A stretch of DNA of 64,000 nt, taken from positions 124,001 to 188,000 of the forward strand of contig NIVC01002124.1 of assembly GCA_002269645.1 (NCBI GenBank), in the 5' to 3' direction. A program made the translations under genes and the position numbers. The stretch comes from Macrostomum lignano. Taxonomy: Eukaryota. Below are positions 24,426 through 38,149 of the stretch, piece after piece. The notes under the pieces are model-generated. The model worked only from the letters and a program-made list of their open reading frames with translations, was not told the origin of the DNA and did not search any database. The first letter of the stretch is position 1, and each line of letters opens with the position of its first letter.

Positions 24426-26179
24426 CTCTTTTATGTTTTTTTATTTCATCTTTAGTTTCCTTTTATTTGGCTTATAGCCATAAGCTAGATTCTTTATTGG
24501 GCCCTTAAGGTAAAAAATTGCAGTCTCAAGTCTTTATTCTCCAGAAAGTAGCAAGGTGATTCTAATGCTATTTAGGTTAAATCCTACAGCATTAGCTTGA
24601 GTGCTTCAAAATTTACCATGTATACTCAACCTACTTGACACTTTCTTCTATGGGACTAAGGGAATGAGTGGAGCAGCAAAACTACCAGAAAAAGCAGACA
24701 AAATTCACCTGCTCATAGTTTTTATCCTGATTGAAGTACAGAGTAAAGACTTTATACTAAGAGAGAAAATAAGTCAAAAAATTCTATGAAGTTTAAAGAC
24801 AATGGCTTTATGTGGAGCAAACTTATGGAAACTGAAAGTTAGTCAATTGTATTCTGGCAAGATAAGGAAAGGAGAAAGGCAGAGATTGGTATGATTGCTA
24901 TGCTAATAAAAAGCAAACAAATTTTAAAAGTGCACAATACAATTTAAGATTAACTTAAATTAAAAGACTCAAAATTTTATAGTATTATGTCAAAAAGTTG
25001 AAGCTTGTGTCAAATTTTGGTTTTATTGGTTAATTGGATTTGGAAAAATAGTGACTATAAAAATAATCATTTTGCTATTTTAATGACTAGGCCCTACTCT
25101 TAAATAAAAATAATTACCTTTATTTTTACAAAAACCATATCTAGACTCTTAGAGCATACATTTAATTTAAATAATTGCCATTTGTGTGGCTAAGATGCAG
25201 CTAGAAACATGCAACATAAGTTCTAGAGGGTTAGGCAGGCTCTAGAACATATTTGCATCATAAGCAAAATCATATTTATAAACAAAACAGCATTAGGCAT
25301 TTTAATAATCTATAAGAAATGTGCTAACTTTTTTAGTATTTTTAGCAAATTGTAAAGAAAATTTCTTTTGATATAATAATATGCAAACATGATTTTTCTG
25401 CAAACTGAGAGCCAACTAAACTAAGCTGGTTGGGTTAGGTCTTGGCAAAAAGAACACAACAAACTCTTTATGACAATATATTGTAGCAGATGAAATGATT
25501 ATATTGCAGACAAGAGTGAAGATGAACTGGCAATAGATGAAATGACTGTCAACCCTTACATCTTATCCGACTGATAATAGTATACTTTATAAACATAAAA
25601 CATAGCAATTATTATAGAATGCAGCTTATAGGCATAGGCCCTAGAACTGATAGGGGGCCTAGCTAAAGGCATAGGCCCTAGCATTCAAAACATAGAACAT
25701 TATCATTGTTTTAAACAAAGAGAAGTAGGAACTTAATTGCAAGGAAATATATTGTTAGCAAAAGGGAATAACAAGTAGGCCTAAGCAATCAAGGTAACCG
25801 GTGCAATAGATTCAATTGGTGTAAGATGGGCAACAATAGCATGGTACACATATAGCATTTTCTATAATTTTCATGTCGGTTATAGAGGAAAATTTGCTAT
25901 GAGTTTAAAGATCTTCTTAATAGCTAGCAATAAATCTTTTTTATTTTTGTTTTTGTTTGTAGCATAGCCTAAGCTGTAAAAATGCCTTGTACTGAGATGA
26001 CTTTGGTTAAAGTACTTAGAAAGTAGTTTTTTAAGTTAGGCTTGAAAATATTCTTATAGAAAAATCAATTGTTGTTATGTCTGCCTTTCGTGTGGTTTTC
26101 TATTTTTTTAAAAGTTCACATTCCCAAGAGATGAGCAGTAACTTTGTGTGGTCTAGTGTGGTCATTGTTGTTTTATCTT

Positions 26180-26560
26180 CGTTGTAACTGTTACCAGGGT
26201 CCGATACTCCTATGTTTATATGTGCAGGTGACGGTAAGATAAACCTAGGTGGCGATCTTTGGGTTTCCCGCTCTAAATTATTTAAACACTTTTTTCAAAC
26301 TGCATATAAATAGTATTGTAGGTAGGTGCTTTTAGGTAGGTTAAGGAGTACTTGTAGAAATTTGTTTGGATTTTGTTGATGTTCTTGAGTTCAGTACAGG
26401 TTGCTAGATGTCCCCAGATTTCACAACTATATGTTATAACTGGTGTGACCAAAGAATCAAACTAATAAGCATGATATCCAGCGGGTGTCTCTTACTTTGT
26501 CCAGCAGTGAAAACATTGCAGAATTACCTTGTTTGGTCTGATAAATGTTCAACTCTCATG
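26180..26560 (-). pseudogene. Degenerate LINE RT C-terminal fragment
   Basis: FDSLVTPVITYSCEIWGH...INKIQTNFYKY resembles the post-RT 'LFDSLV.P.L.YGCE.WG...IEK....F.K' motif of non-LTR elements. Confidence 0.6.
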
Positions 26561-26899
26561 TTTAGTTAATACATAATGCACATTATTTAAATTAGGTTTT
26601 TCTTTATTTTGCGTTACCCGCCGATCGCCTGCCGCTGCCCGCGATTCTGAACATAATTTACATAATTCATAATAATTCATAAACTTTGACAGACGTCATA
26701 AACATAAAATTTGAAATTTCTTGCTACGATAAAAACAAACAGTTTACAACTTTAGTAAGCACTATAGTTTTAATGTTAAAAGCTATGTGTATTTTATAGA
26801 AGAATATAATTCTTTTTAATATTGAATTACTAGTTGTTTTACATTTACACTTTCTTTGTTCTTTAAAACCATCGAGCATTTTCAAAAATTATCTTCTAT

Positions 26900-27159
26900 G
26901 GGCCTTTTCATATTGCTTGCTCTGGTTCCAGAACCAGAACCAATTTGTGAAGTATAACTTTTTGTCTCCATAACTAGAGGGAGATACGTGCTATAAAGTT
27001 TTTATTATTGAATGACAATCGCCAAGAAGAAAGTGAAAAATTGTGCTAAGTTAGGTTGTTAAGGCAGTCAAATATTAACAGAGTTTAATAGTTATACTGC
27101 TGTTTTTCTTGGAATTCCGAACCGATTCTGGTTCTGGAATTGGTAATATGAAAAGGCCC
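26900..27159. mobile_element. Small MITE with 15-bp perfect TIRs (possibly PIF/Harbinger-like)
   Basis: GGGCCTTTTCATATT (26900-26914) pairs with AATATGAAAAGGCCC (27145-27159), with inner ccagaacc/ggttctgg repeats. No clear TSD. Confidence 0.5.
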
Positions 27160-28142
27160 CAGAATAGGTTCCAGAACCGTGATGGCGTGATCCGATTTTG
27201 TCATTTTGCAAATTGGGTTTGAGAAATTTTCTCGATCCGTTGTCATATTTCTATGGACAAATTTGAAGAAAGCATTTGAAACATTTCAAAATTCAAAAAG
27301 AATACTAAAACTTAAAAGTATGGGCTATATTTTAGATAAAAATATTTTTATCATTTGTTTTGAGAAGTAAAATAATTAAAGAGAAAGAGAAAAATTCAAC
27401 ACTTATTATTTTCCTACCAATTCTAGTTCTGGAATTGGAATTATTCTGGTTCTAGAACTGATCTTCATGAGAAGCCTATATCTTTTTAGTTGTTTGAGTT
27501 TTCAGGTTTGCTTAATGGCAAATAATGCATTTGCATTTTTATGGATATAAATATTTGTATGCCTGAGTTAGTAAAACTAAAAAGTTTAAAAAACTGAAGG
27601 ACAAGGTGCAGAGATAAGCATAATATTTTCCTTTTAAGCTTACTGATTAAAACATTTTTTATTGAAATAGGCCTGTGCCATAATTTTTTATTATTAGTTA
27701 TAAGGATTGACTAAGCATGATTTTTTTCATGCATAGTTGAAACTAGACCATGTATAAAACTGCATGACTGACTTTTTTTATAATATACATTAATTTAAAC
27801 ACACAACTATTCGTATTAATATTACCAAGTCTAGCAATTTTTATTGATTTTTAAGCTTTTTTTTCATCATGCTTATTGTTGATCAAATTTTATTATATGG
27901 CTTTATTATAATAATTATATCTGTGATTTTTTGCAATTTTGGTTTGCTTTGGTTGTGCTATGCCTATATATAAGGGGCCTATAGGCTATAGCCTGCAAGC
28001 AAGTTGCCCATAAAGTTTTTTCCTGCCAAGATTTGCCCACAATGCTTTTTTACTACAATGAATTTGGCAGCTAGATTCTCTCTGTATTGCCGAGCCCCCC
28101 AAAAAATATGCATTTAATATGCAGTTACTATCAAAAAGTTTT

Positions 28143-28780
28143 TAGCAATTCTTAAGTTTTGTTTGTTGAATTATTTTGACTTTAGAAAAGTATTGTATAC
28201 ACTTTTTTAAGTACAAATAACTATTTTAAGAGACTTAAGCTTAATAAGGCACTAATTCTATGTTTCAAAACTTGTTATAATGTATTTGACACTGAAAAGC
28301 TGCAATAGTCTATGGCCAAAAGTCCAAAACTTTAACAAGTGAACAAGTCTTAAAGGAAATAAATAAAAAGTATTATTGTCTATGGTCAAATTGCCAACAA
28401 ATAGCAAAAGCTTTATATGCTATAGTAGTGGGAAATCCAATAATAAGATATTCCCAAATGGCTTCATTGGGTTCAGTTGACAGGTTGACACCACAATTCT
28501 TCTAAGTATTTTAAATAGGTCAACTTTGTCAACTTGTTAAAGATTATTGATGTTTAGTCTGGACCATAGACCTTTTTTTCAAGTCAAAAAATGTTCAAAC
28601 ATTCTGGCTAAAGACTATTGCAGCTTTCCAGTGTCAGAACATTATAACAAGTTTTGAAGCATAGAATTAGTGCTTAATCAGGCTTATGTCTTTTAAAAGT
28701 ATTTATTTGTACTTAAAATAGTTGGTAGATTACTTTTCTAGAGTCAAAATAATTTAACAAACGGAACTTGACAATTGCCA
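28143..28780. mobile_element. AT-rich palindromic (foldback/MITE-like) element with long imperfect arms
   Basis: 28161-28325 aligns by eye with the reverse complement of 28598-28762. Inner gtctatggtc/gaccatagac also pair; centre ~28460. Confidence 0.75.
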
Positions 28781-29255
28781 AGTTTTGATCATGTAAATCT
28801 CTTTACTAAGATTAATTACATCTAATAAGCATTAGGAAGGCAATGCAGACTAAATCTGCAATAAAAAAGCATTGCAAGCAAACCTCGGTAGGGGGGGGGT
28901 GGCCGTAGCCCAGCAGTAGTGCAGCTGCTCTGGTGTGCCAGCAACCTAGGCTTGATTCCAAGTATAGCACATTAATTTGGGGCTGAATTGGAATCTCGGC
29001 TTGGCTCTGCTTATACAATTAACAGCCTTAAGAGCCAACCCCTCAAGGCGCAGTGAAGTGTATATGCCTAACATTAATATAAATTTAGGGCCACTATATA
29101 CTATTGTGTGAGTGTGTGCCTGCGTACGTATCCACGCGCTTGTATGCCTGCTCAGGGGGGATAGAATGAGCAGTAATGTCTCATGCCGGTTGTGTGCCTA
29201 TGTTGCTTAAAGTGCACCAGTGTGCACACAACCCCTGCCTCTAAAAAAACCTTGG

Positions 29256-29458
29256 TGGGAAAAAACTCTGCAGGAAACTCACTTGTGGGCAATCCACTTG
29301 CAGGCAAATTGCACTGCAGGCAAATCTTGGTGGGAAAATCTCCATAGGCAATTTGCTCACAGGCAAAATGCACTGTGGGCAAATCTTAGCAGAAAAAGCT
29401 TGGCAAGCAAATCTCCTGCAGGCAAATCTTGGCAAGCAATTCATCTGCAGGCAATTCT
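29256..29458. repeat. Degenerate ~21-bp repeat (gcaggcaaat core)
   Basis: Direct inspection; a related short patch lies at ~27990-28050. Confidence 0.75.
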
Positions 29459-30696
29459 CATGGACCCCAAATAAATTCTTCTGAGGTCACAAAAGCTTAG
29501 GACACTATTTAACATACAAATTAATTGGCTTATTAATCTGTGGTCTTAGGCTGAATATTATTATTATTATTATTATCATTGTTATTATTATAATTAACAG
29601 TTTAAGAAAAGCTAAAGTCCACAGTTTACAAGAGTTTGCAGAAGATGAATCATGTCAAGCTAAGTGCCCACTGGGTTTCTTGATGGCTTACTGAGGACAT
29701 GAAGCTGGGTTGTCTATCCAGACAGCTTGTGTGTCTAGGTTCAATAAGTCTATGACTGATGTTCCTCTACTTAAATGAACATCTCTCTTGAAATACAAAT
29801 CCAAAGCAGTTTGAGTCATTTTAAAGAAGAGACTTACTTGCTACTTTCAAACAACACCAAACTTGTGTCAATCCAACTTACCAAACATCTGCTACAAGTG
29901 AAAGTAACACTATTTTCCAGATACCCCTCGTGTTTCTTCCCTTATTTATTTAAAACAAAAATAAGGGTGAGAAGAAAAACGAACTTTAAAATACCTATGT
30001 TTAGTAGTAATAGTAATAGTAATCATATTAATAGAAGTAAGTAGTAATACTGGATGGCATATACCTTCACATGTATAAATTAAATTACATTTTGTATAGC
30101 AATTTGTGTGCCACCTGATAGAGTAGTAAGATCTAGAAATATCTAAATAAAGCTGGGCACCAATGGTGGACCTTGATCCCAATCTTGATTCCAACTAATC
30201 CCAAATTCTGACTTTTATGAGTTAAATCTCACCTAACCATATTTTCCCATCCCAGTCAGGCTCTAGGGGCACCATGATATACATAAGAGATATACTATAC
30301 TCAGCAAACTGAGGTCAGTGAGGACCTTTTTTGATGATCTTAGCTTATAATATGAAATTAGTCAGGCAACTTTTATGCTTAAATGTTTTCTAGTACTCCT
30401 ATGTATTTTTTCCTGTTTTGGATTTATTCACTTCATATATTCAAAGTTTTATAGCTCAGAATATTGATAACATTTGAACATCCAAGGGCACATTCAAAAA
30501 TTTTTTGAGGGGGCAGCTATACCAAGTACTATAACCCAAAATAGACCTTGCATAGTTATAGGCCAATAGTAAAGTTGTTGATTCTTATTTTATAATTACT
30601 CTCTACAATATAGTAATGTATTTTTATATCCATAATTGATAATTTTCACTGAAGACAATCTTGAACTACAATTTTACTTTCCTATTTCAGCTGTCA

Positions 30697-32135
30697 ATGA
30701 AAATGCAATTCTCAAGAGGCCTAAGCAAAATAAATTTATTTGTGCACAGCTCATCAACGTTCATCCAACCATTTAGAGCTTTTACCAGGCATGGTAAAAA
30801 TCCCTTCAATAGGCTGTCCTGGGATTCAATACAGTAAGTTTTTTATTGTATATTCAAAAAATAATTGCCATATCCATTGTCTAATACTGGTTTAGATTCT
30901 AAGTAGTGTATTACGTGTTTCCTTCTGCTTTTTAATGCACTTCAGACCCGACAAAACTGAAAAGACGTCCAGTATTGACGATTCTGTCGATGCTGTTATT
31001 AAAGTGGCCGAATTGGCGGCTAAACAAGCGGACGAAGCCGCCACAACGGCAGCAACCGAAGCCCTTCTGGCGGCCAGTCAGCGGCATCTCAGCCTGCTGC
31101 CAGAGGATGCCAGATTTCTGCGCTCCGGCCTTAGCCCGCTGGCTCTGCTGCCTGACGATCAGGCCGAGTCTCCCGTTGACTCGGCAGCTGCCGGCCGGGC
31201 CAGACAGGCAGTTCCGGCCGGCTGTCCGCACTGGGGCCGAGTGTCGGAACCGGCGGCCAGGCCGGAACAGACTGGCGGGCGCAGCCAGCAGCAGCAGCTG
31301 AATCCAACCTATGCCGACTGTGCCAAGCGAGACTGGGCCAGGGTGTTCCTGCGGCCGCCAACTAATCCTTGGCAGGAGTTGATTCAGCTGACCGCCGAGG
31401 GCAAGCTCTGGCACTATCCGATTGATAATGAGCAGGTAGATTCTGAGTCGTTTTTTTGTCGTCATGGGCTTGTTTGTTTTAAAGTGGCTTTTTATGGCGT
31501 CAATTTCGCGCCACGACCCCTTATTTGGGTCTACGACGTTTGCCAGCCGGCTGGCAAACGTCTCGCTGGCAAATGCCCGGCTGGCAAACGTCTCGCTGGC
31601 AAATGCCCGGCTGGCAAACGTCGCTATCCCCCCCCTCATTTGATTCCGTGCGCGTTTATTTGAGAAAATTTTTCGATTCACACCCAAGACACAGTGAAGT
31701 GCACATGCCTGACGATTAGAAAGTCAGGGCCGCTGTACACTCCTGTGTGAGCGTGTGTTCGAATTATGTCTATCGAGTCAAGATGGCAAATTTAGGATGG
31801 TCAGTCCCCGATCCGCCACCTGCACTGACCAAATTTTCACTGGCAAAAGTGCACAAAAGTACAACTTCAATTTGCAGGGCCGAGAACTGGAGCCAGACGG
31901 TCGGGTATCTTTCCAGCGTCACGTGATGCTTGACCGGCAACTGCAAGACTGGGTGCCCAAGACTGGGCCAGTCCGGCACTTCATGGAGACCGTGTGCGTT
32001 GGCCTGTCAAAGAATCCCTACCTGACAGCGGCTGAGAAGGCCGATCACCTGGATTGGTATCGGCGCTACTTTGCTGACAAGATTGACAGAATTCAGGCTG
32101 TCTATGAGCAGTCTGCTGAGCCTACTGAAGCCTGA
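30697..32135 (+). CDS. MRPS31: Mitochondrial ribosomal protein S31, join(30697..30833,30946..31435,31878..32135), 294 aa
   Basis: WQELIQLTAEGKLWHYPIDNEQ and FQRHVMLD...GPVRHFMETVCVGLSKNPYLT...HLDWYRRYF match MRPS31. The N-terminus is basic and Ser-rich like a mitochondrial presequence. GT-AG phases 2 and 0 are consistent; AATAAA at ~32202. Confidence 0.93.
31543..31625. repeat. 30-bp unit x~2.7 in MRPS31 intron 2
   Basis: ggctggcaaacgtctcgctggcaaatgccc repeated. Confidence 0.85.
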
Positions 32136-33754
32136 GTGAGCATTGGAGCACTAAGTAGTGGTTGTTCTCTGTTATTTTAATGAAGAATTTAAACAAATCA
32201 AATAAATAAATTGCTTTGTTATTATTGCTTTAACTCGCATTTTTAATACGATTTATTAACACCGGAGTCAAATATTTACAGCTGATTATTTGTTGTGCTG
32301 ATTATTTTCTTGCTAACGATTCCGTGTTAGTCTACTTACAGTAGCATGATTCCCACCTGCTTCCTTATTTGGTGAAAAAAACCCAGATTGCGAATTGCAA
32401 TCCAAGTTCAATAGTAATTAAATGGCTATATGTACCTATGTCAATGCTATTGATCTATCTCAGGAATCCGTAAACTTTTTTTTTACCTCAAGAATCCAGC
32501 TCATGGCTGCGGGCCAAGGTGAGAGGAAAGGAGAATTGAAGATGGGAGAGGAGAGGCGAGAGAAGAAATAAAAGTGAGAAGAGAGCTGAGAAGAGACACC
32601 AACCTTGAGCAAGACAGATTAGAGAGGCTTCGCGGGCCTCGGTGTGACAAACCCTGATCTATCTGTCTGATAGAAGTGGAGTCTCAAACTATGACAAACT
32701 GGCTAACTTATTCTCCGTGTCTGCTTGTAGCTCGTATGACGTTAAAAATCCTTGGAGCTGTTTCTCATTGACTCGTTTGGCACTGCTGCCAAATGGCAAT
32801 TTGATTTAGAAAATAAAGGTAAAAAAACAAGCACAGGTTTGCTATAAAATAAGTATAATACATTTGCTAACTAAACATTATAGTATCCGGTTACCTTCAT
32901 CAGGTAACTTTGTCTGCGGAGAATTTCTAGCAACCAACTGTGGGTGCTTCTTACTCCTCGGGCAAAGTCTGCTTAACGATACGGGATATTCAGTGAGGCG
33001 TTTCGGGATCAGGGGCTGTGGTATCATATATACCGAGAATTAATTGAACGTTAATCGAGCGAGAACTGTAATCTGCGCTCAGCCTTCCTATAGTGGGGTA
33101 ATACCGAGGCCAATTAAATGCTAGCTGAGCTGTGGGTCCGAGTCTGAGCATTGGACCATGGGGCTGCAGCTTGCGTAAGCTGTGGTGGTGTCTCAGCTGT
33201 CTTGTGTGTAGCCAATTGTCTCCGCTTATAGCTGTCAGTCTGTTTCCTATTTTCTTTTTGATTATTGTACTGCCTAGATCATGCATACATTGTCCAGATG
33301 TGCAGGCATGTGCACTGCAAATAGATAAACTGAGAACAACAATAGGTGCAGTAGAGCGGGTACAACAATGATGAGAAGGAACACAACGCGTTTTAATCGC
33401 TTGCTCCGTTATATGAGCCTAATTAACAGAGATAAACAATCTTTTATCAATTCACACTTGGTGGTTTATTAGTCAGGCAGACAGGTAGAGTTTATCTCAC
33501 CTTCGCTGTCAAGTCAATCCGTGCGAGACAAAACGCGAGCTACCGGTTTCGTCCATCGGGTGTCTTGGCCGCCGGCCACGCGACTGGACACGTGTCAGAA
33601 TGCATACACGTGTTTATGCTGTCACTTATATAATGATATAAACAGGTGGGGTGTGCTCTCAATTGTTAGTGGCATCAGAAAGTTGTCAACATGCATGTAT
33701 CGGTGATCTGGTATCAGCAACGAAGGGCTTAGATATTCTAAAGGTTCCTTTGAG

Positions 33755-34596
33755 CACCCTGTCACCCCTGGCTCACCTGGAGCTCTTTCAGTGTGATCCT
33801 TCTAGGTATCCCTGTCACCCCTGGCTCACCTGGAGCTCTTTCAGTGTGATCCTTCTAGGTATCCCTGTCACTCCTGGCTCACCTGGAGCTCTTTCAGTGT
33901 GATCCTTCTAGGTATCCCTGTCACCCCTGGCTCACCTGGAGCTCTCCCATTGTGATCCTGCTGGGTATCCCTGTCACCCCTGGCTCACCTGGAGCTCTCC
34001 CAGTGTGATCCTGCTGGGTATCCCTGTCACCCCTGGCTCACCTGGAGCTCTCCCAGTGTGATCCTGCTGGGTATCCCTGTCCCTCCTGGCTCACCTGGAG
34101 CTCTCCCAGTGTGATCCTGCTGGGTATCCCTGTCACCCTGGCTCACCTGGAGCTCTCCCAGTGTGATCCTGCTGGGTATCCCTGTCCCTCCTGGCTCACC
34201 TGGAGCTCTCCCAGTGTGATCCTGCTGGGTATCCCTGTCACTCCTGGCTCACCTGGAGCTCTCCCAGTGTGATCCTGCTGGGTATCCCTGTCCCTCCTGG
34301 CTCACCTGGAGCTCTCCCAGTGTGATCCTGCTGGGTATCCCTGTCACCCCTGGCTCACCTGGAGCTCTCAATCCCATTGTGATCCTGCTGGGTATCCCTG
34401 TCACTCCTGGCTCACCTGGAGCTCTCGATTCCATTGTGATCCTGCTGGGTATCCCTGTCACCCCTGGCTCACCTGGAGCTCTCAATCCCATTGTGATCCT
34501 GCTGGGTATCCCTGTCACTCCTGGCTCACCTGGAGCTCTCGATCCCATTGTGATCCTGCTGGGTATCCCTGTCACTCCTGGCTCACCTGGAGCTCA
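33755..34596. repeat. 53/57-bp minisatellite
   Basis: Unit ccctgtcacccctggctcacctggagctctcccagtgtgatcctgctgggtat; the distal units are 57 bp. Confidence 0.95.
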
Positions 34597-35933
34597 GTTT
34601 TAATGTTTAACATTTGAAAGCAAACATCCGTGATAAAAAACACGAAGCAGTCCTAGAGACCGTTTAATTGTAATTTTTAATTAAACTCCAACGCTGTGCG
34701 TGCTGTTTCATATCCTGGGAGAATCTGCAGTTCACCCAAAACTGCGGAGCCCCAAAAACTACTTGATACAGTTATTTGACAAGTTGTCACGTCAGTCTTG
34801 CCTAAATTTTTAGTTGAACCCATGGAGAATAAAGTATAGCCACTTCAATCAAGGAACTGTTTCATATTGCGGTTCTCACACGTTCTTAATATTCGCGAGC
34901 GCCCAGCGGTTCTCAATGAGGACACTTGTAAAATCTGCCTATCATTACTGACTGAGCCACTTTCTCCTCAAAGTAAATGGCCTTCTTATTAAGTTCACCA
35001 ATCGGAGCGCCGAGAACCTCCTCTTCAAAAAGCAATTATTAAAAAAATCTATGACAAAAAACGAAAAACGCTCTCGCTTATAACAGTTTTTTTACTACTG
35101 GATATATAAGTTTCTAAAACCAGCCGTCCATCTGCTGTGAGTTGGGAATTTTCTCTTGGATAAGCTTCACAGACAGCAGGCCCTGTACGCGGCTGACGCA
35201 TGGCTGTCAATCGGCATCAAAGCCGACCAGAGGGGCACAGATGGGTGAGAGATCCTTCAAACTCGGTAGGACTCCCCCTCAGGCCTGCAGTCTTCTTATC
35301 CACGATCCGTTTGGCTATAGAACCTCAAAGGCAAGATCCGCGGGAACTCGTCTTTGAGTGAGCCGAGCCCAGCAGAACTTCAACAGCAGTTGACTGTGTA
35401 TGATGTATGCGTTCTCAGAATAGCTCTCTCTCTCTCTCTCTCTGCTATATTCCATGGCACTCAAATCCCCCCGGCCTCGATGGCAAATAATTAAAGGCCT
35501 TTTTTCCACCGCGGTGCTGTTTGCACGCGTGCGACAAAGACTGAAGGAGCTTGAGGTCCACTTCAAGTTCTGTTCCATCCTTAGGATCGGGGTCTCCTAT
35601 GCAAGAATTCTTCGAGAGATGGAGTGGGATAATTGGGCGAAATTGGCCAGCTAAACCTGACTGTTGCAATCCTGGGGGGGGAGGCTGCTCAGCAGAGTCT
35701 TGCTGGGTAAACTGTGAAACGTGCCGTCACGTGCGGGGCCGGTCTGATTTTTGTTTGTTTTTAACTGGCTTATCCAATACTACCTATCTGAGCATTAGCT
35801 TGCGCTCTACGCGATTTCGCTATTAAAATCCTTATACAAGGATCAGACTCGGGTTCAAATTTTTAAGCAGTACGAACTCGTACAAATGAAAATCGATGCT
35901 ATTTATTGTGCTTCCTTATCGTGCAGAGTGGCG

Positions 35934-37080
35934 TTGGGGATCTGGGAATGGCATTTGAATGGCAATGGGGATCTTGGAGTACGATGGGGATATGGAATGG
36001 CAGTGGGGATCTGGGAGTACGATGGGGATATGGAATGGCAGTGGGGATCTGGGAGTACGATGGGGATATGGAATGGCAGTGGGGATCTGGGAATGGCATT
36101 GGGGATCTGGAAATGGCATTTGAATGGCAGTGGGGATCTGGGAGTACGATGGGGATATGGAATGGCAGTGGGGATCTGGGAGTACGATGGGGATATGGAA
36201 TGGCAGTGGGGATCTGGGAATGGCATTGGGGATCTGGGAATGGCATTGGGGATCTAGGAATGGCATTTGGGATCTGGGAATGGCATTGGGGATCTGGGAA
36301 TGGCATTGGGGATCTGGGAATGGCATTGGGGATCTGGGAATGGCATTTGAATGGCAGTGGGGATCTGGGAATGGCATTTGAATGGCAGTGGGGATCTGGG
36401 AATGGAATTTGAATGGCAGTGGGGATCTGGGAGTACGATGGGGATATGGAATGGCAGTGGGGATCTGGGAGTACGATGGGGATATGGAATGGCAGTGGGG
36501 ATCTGGGAATGGCATTGGGGATCTAGGAATGGCATTTGGGATCTTGGAATGGCATTGGGGATCTGGGAATGGCATTTGAATGGCAGTGGGGATCTGGGAA
36601 TGGCATTGGGAATCTGGGAATGGCATTTTAATGGCAGTTGGGATCTAGGAATGGCATTTGAATGGCAGTGGGGATCTAGGAATGGCAGTGGGGATCTAGG
36701 AATGGCAGTGGGGATCTGGGAATGGCATTGGGGATCTGGGAATGGCATCGGGGATCTGGGAATGGCATTGGGGATCTGGGAATGGCATTGAGGATCTGGG
36801 AATGGCATTTGAATGGCAGTAGGGATCTGGGAATGGCAGTGGGGATCTGGGAATGGCATTTAAATGGCAGTGGGGATATGGGAATGGCATTGGGTATCTG
36901 GGAGTACGATGGTGATCTGGGAATGACATTGGGGGATCTGGGAATGGCATTAAGGATCTGGGAACGGCATTAAGGATCTGAGGGTAGCGTCGGAGATCGG
37001 GAAATGGCAGTGGGGATCTGGGAATGGCATTGGGGGATCTGGGAATGGCATTGGGGATCTGGGAATGGTATTAGGGATCT
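35934..37080. repeat. G-rich ~20-bp minisatellite (ggggatctgggaatggcatt) with 29-bp variant units
   Basis: Direct inspection; generates many spurious ORFs. Confidence 0.95.
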
Positions 37081-38149
37081 GAAAGTGAGTGGCATTCTAG
37101 CTATTTATTGAAATAAAAATTTTATTACAATCTTTTTTACAAAGATTAGTTATCCAAACAAGTGAATATTTCTAGTATAGAGGCTGGTTGGCCCAAGAAA
37201 ATCCCCACCTAATTCTTCATGATCAGAGCTTAGAGGCAAAGAAAAATAGCCCTGAATCCATAACTCCTTATCATTATATTATGATCAGGGGCAGAGAAAG
37301 GGCCACCTAAAGACCCGTTTCTTACTCAGCTCGCGTGTCGGATTTCCCAGTCAAATCGGAGGAGATGAAAGGCACACGCAGTCCCCAATGTCGGAGGAAT
37401 GAACTGACGCTGGCACTAAAACCATATCCGCCTTATTCGCAGGGTTTAGGGGCAATAAGGGAGCTGAGATGACGCGGCCATCTGGTCCCTGTTTACCCGG
37501 GCGTAAACCGGTCCTTTTGCAGTCCAGCGGCGAGCGCTGCGCTGTCAGAAAAGAAGGATATGGAAGGGCACTGGACAGGGACGACCCTGACAGTGCTGCA
37601 GCATCCCCGGAAGTCGGAGAAATTAGGAAAAAGAATTATATTTTTTATCCCACCCAAACTGTCTGTCTGGGTTCCAGGTTAAAAATCACCGTCCCCTCAC
37701 ACACACAGGCTACACATTTCAGTCTAAGTGTAATTTAGGCCGGATATTAATACTGACTGGGCAAAATCAGCGACAGATTGGCCCGAGCTGAGCAGGGCAG
37801 GAGGAGCTCATTCACTCATATCACGGGCGTCTGTCAGGGGAAAACACCAACCCTGGGTCTCCTCAGCCGTCTGTCGGGGTGAATTCCCGAACACCCAGCC
37901 TGGCTCGGAGTAAGCGAGGGGTGAAAGAGTGAGGGGAGGAACAGATCCACTTGTTCCCAGTCCGCTGCGCCCGAAACTTCCAAAGCTCCCTCGTCTTCTG
38001 TCGTCTGATCTCCCCGAAAGGTTCGCGAAGGGATGCAACTCGAAAAAGGGAAGAGAAGGTGACTCGACACCCATGATACCTTCCGGGCATCGCAGCCGGA
38101 GTTGAGGATGAGGAACTGAATGATTAGGGCTGAAAAAAATCGGATTTTG

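Noticed and set aside
32860-33370. Penelope-like remnant with hammerhead ribozyme (minus-strand CTGATGAAGGTAACCGGATAC)
   Set aside because: The core has GATA instead of GAAA, and the flanking GTTACCT/AGGTAAC forms a competing hairpin. The GIY-YIG resemblance of nearby frames is too weak; an Infernal RF00163/RF00008 search would settle it.
34249-34603. Collagen-like GEPGVTGIP repeats on the minus strand
   Set aside because: Only three Gly-X-Y triplets per 19-aa unit, open only where the unit is 57 bp (53-bp units break the frame), and no signal peptide or exon context.
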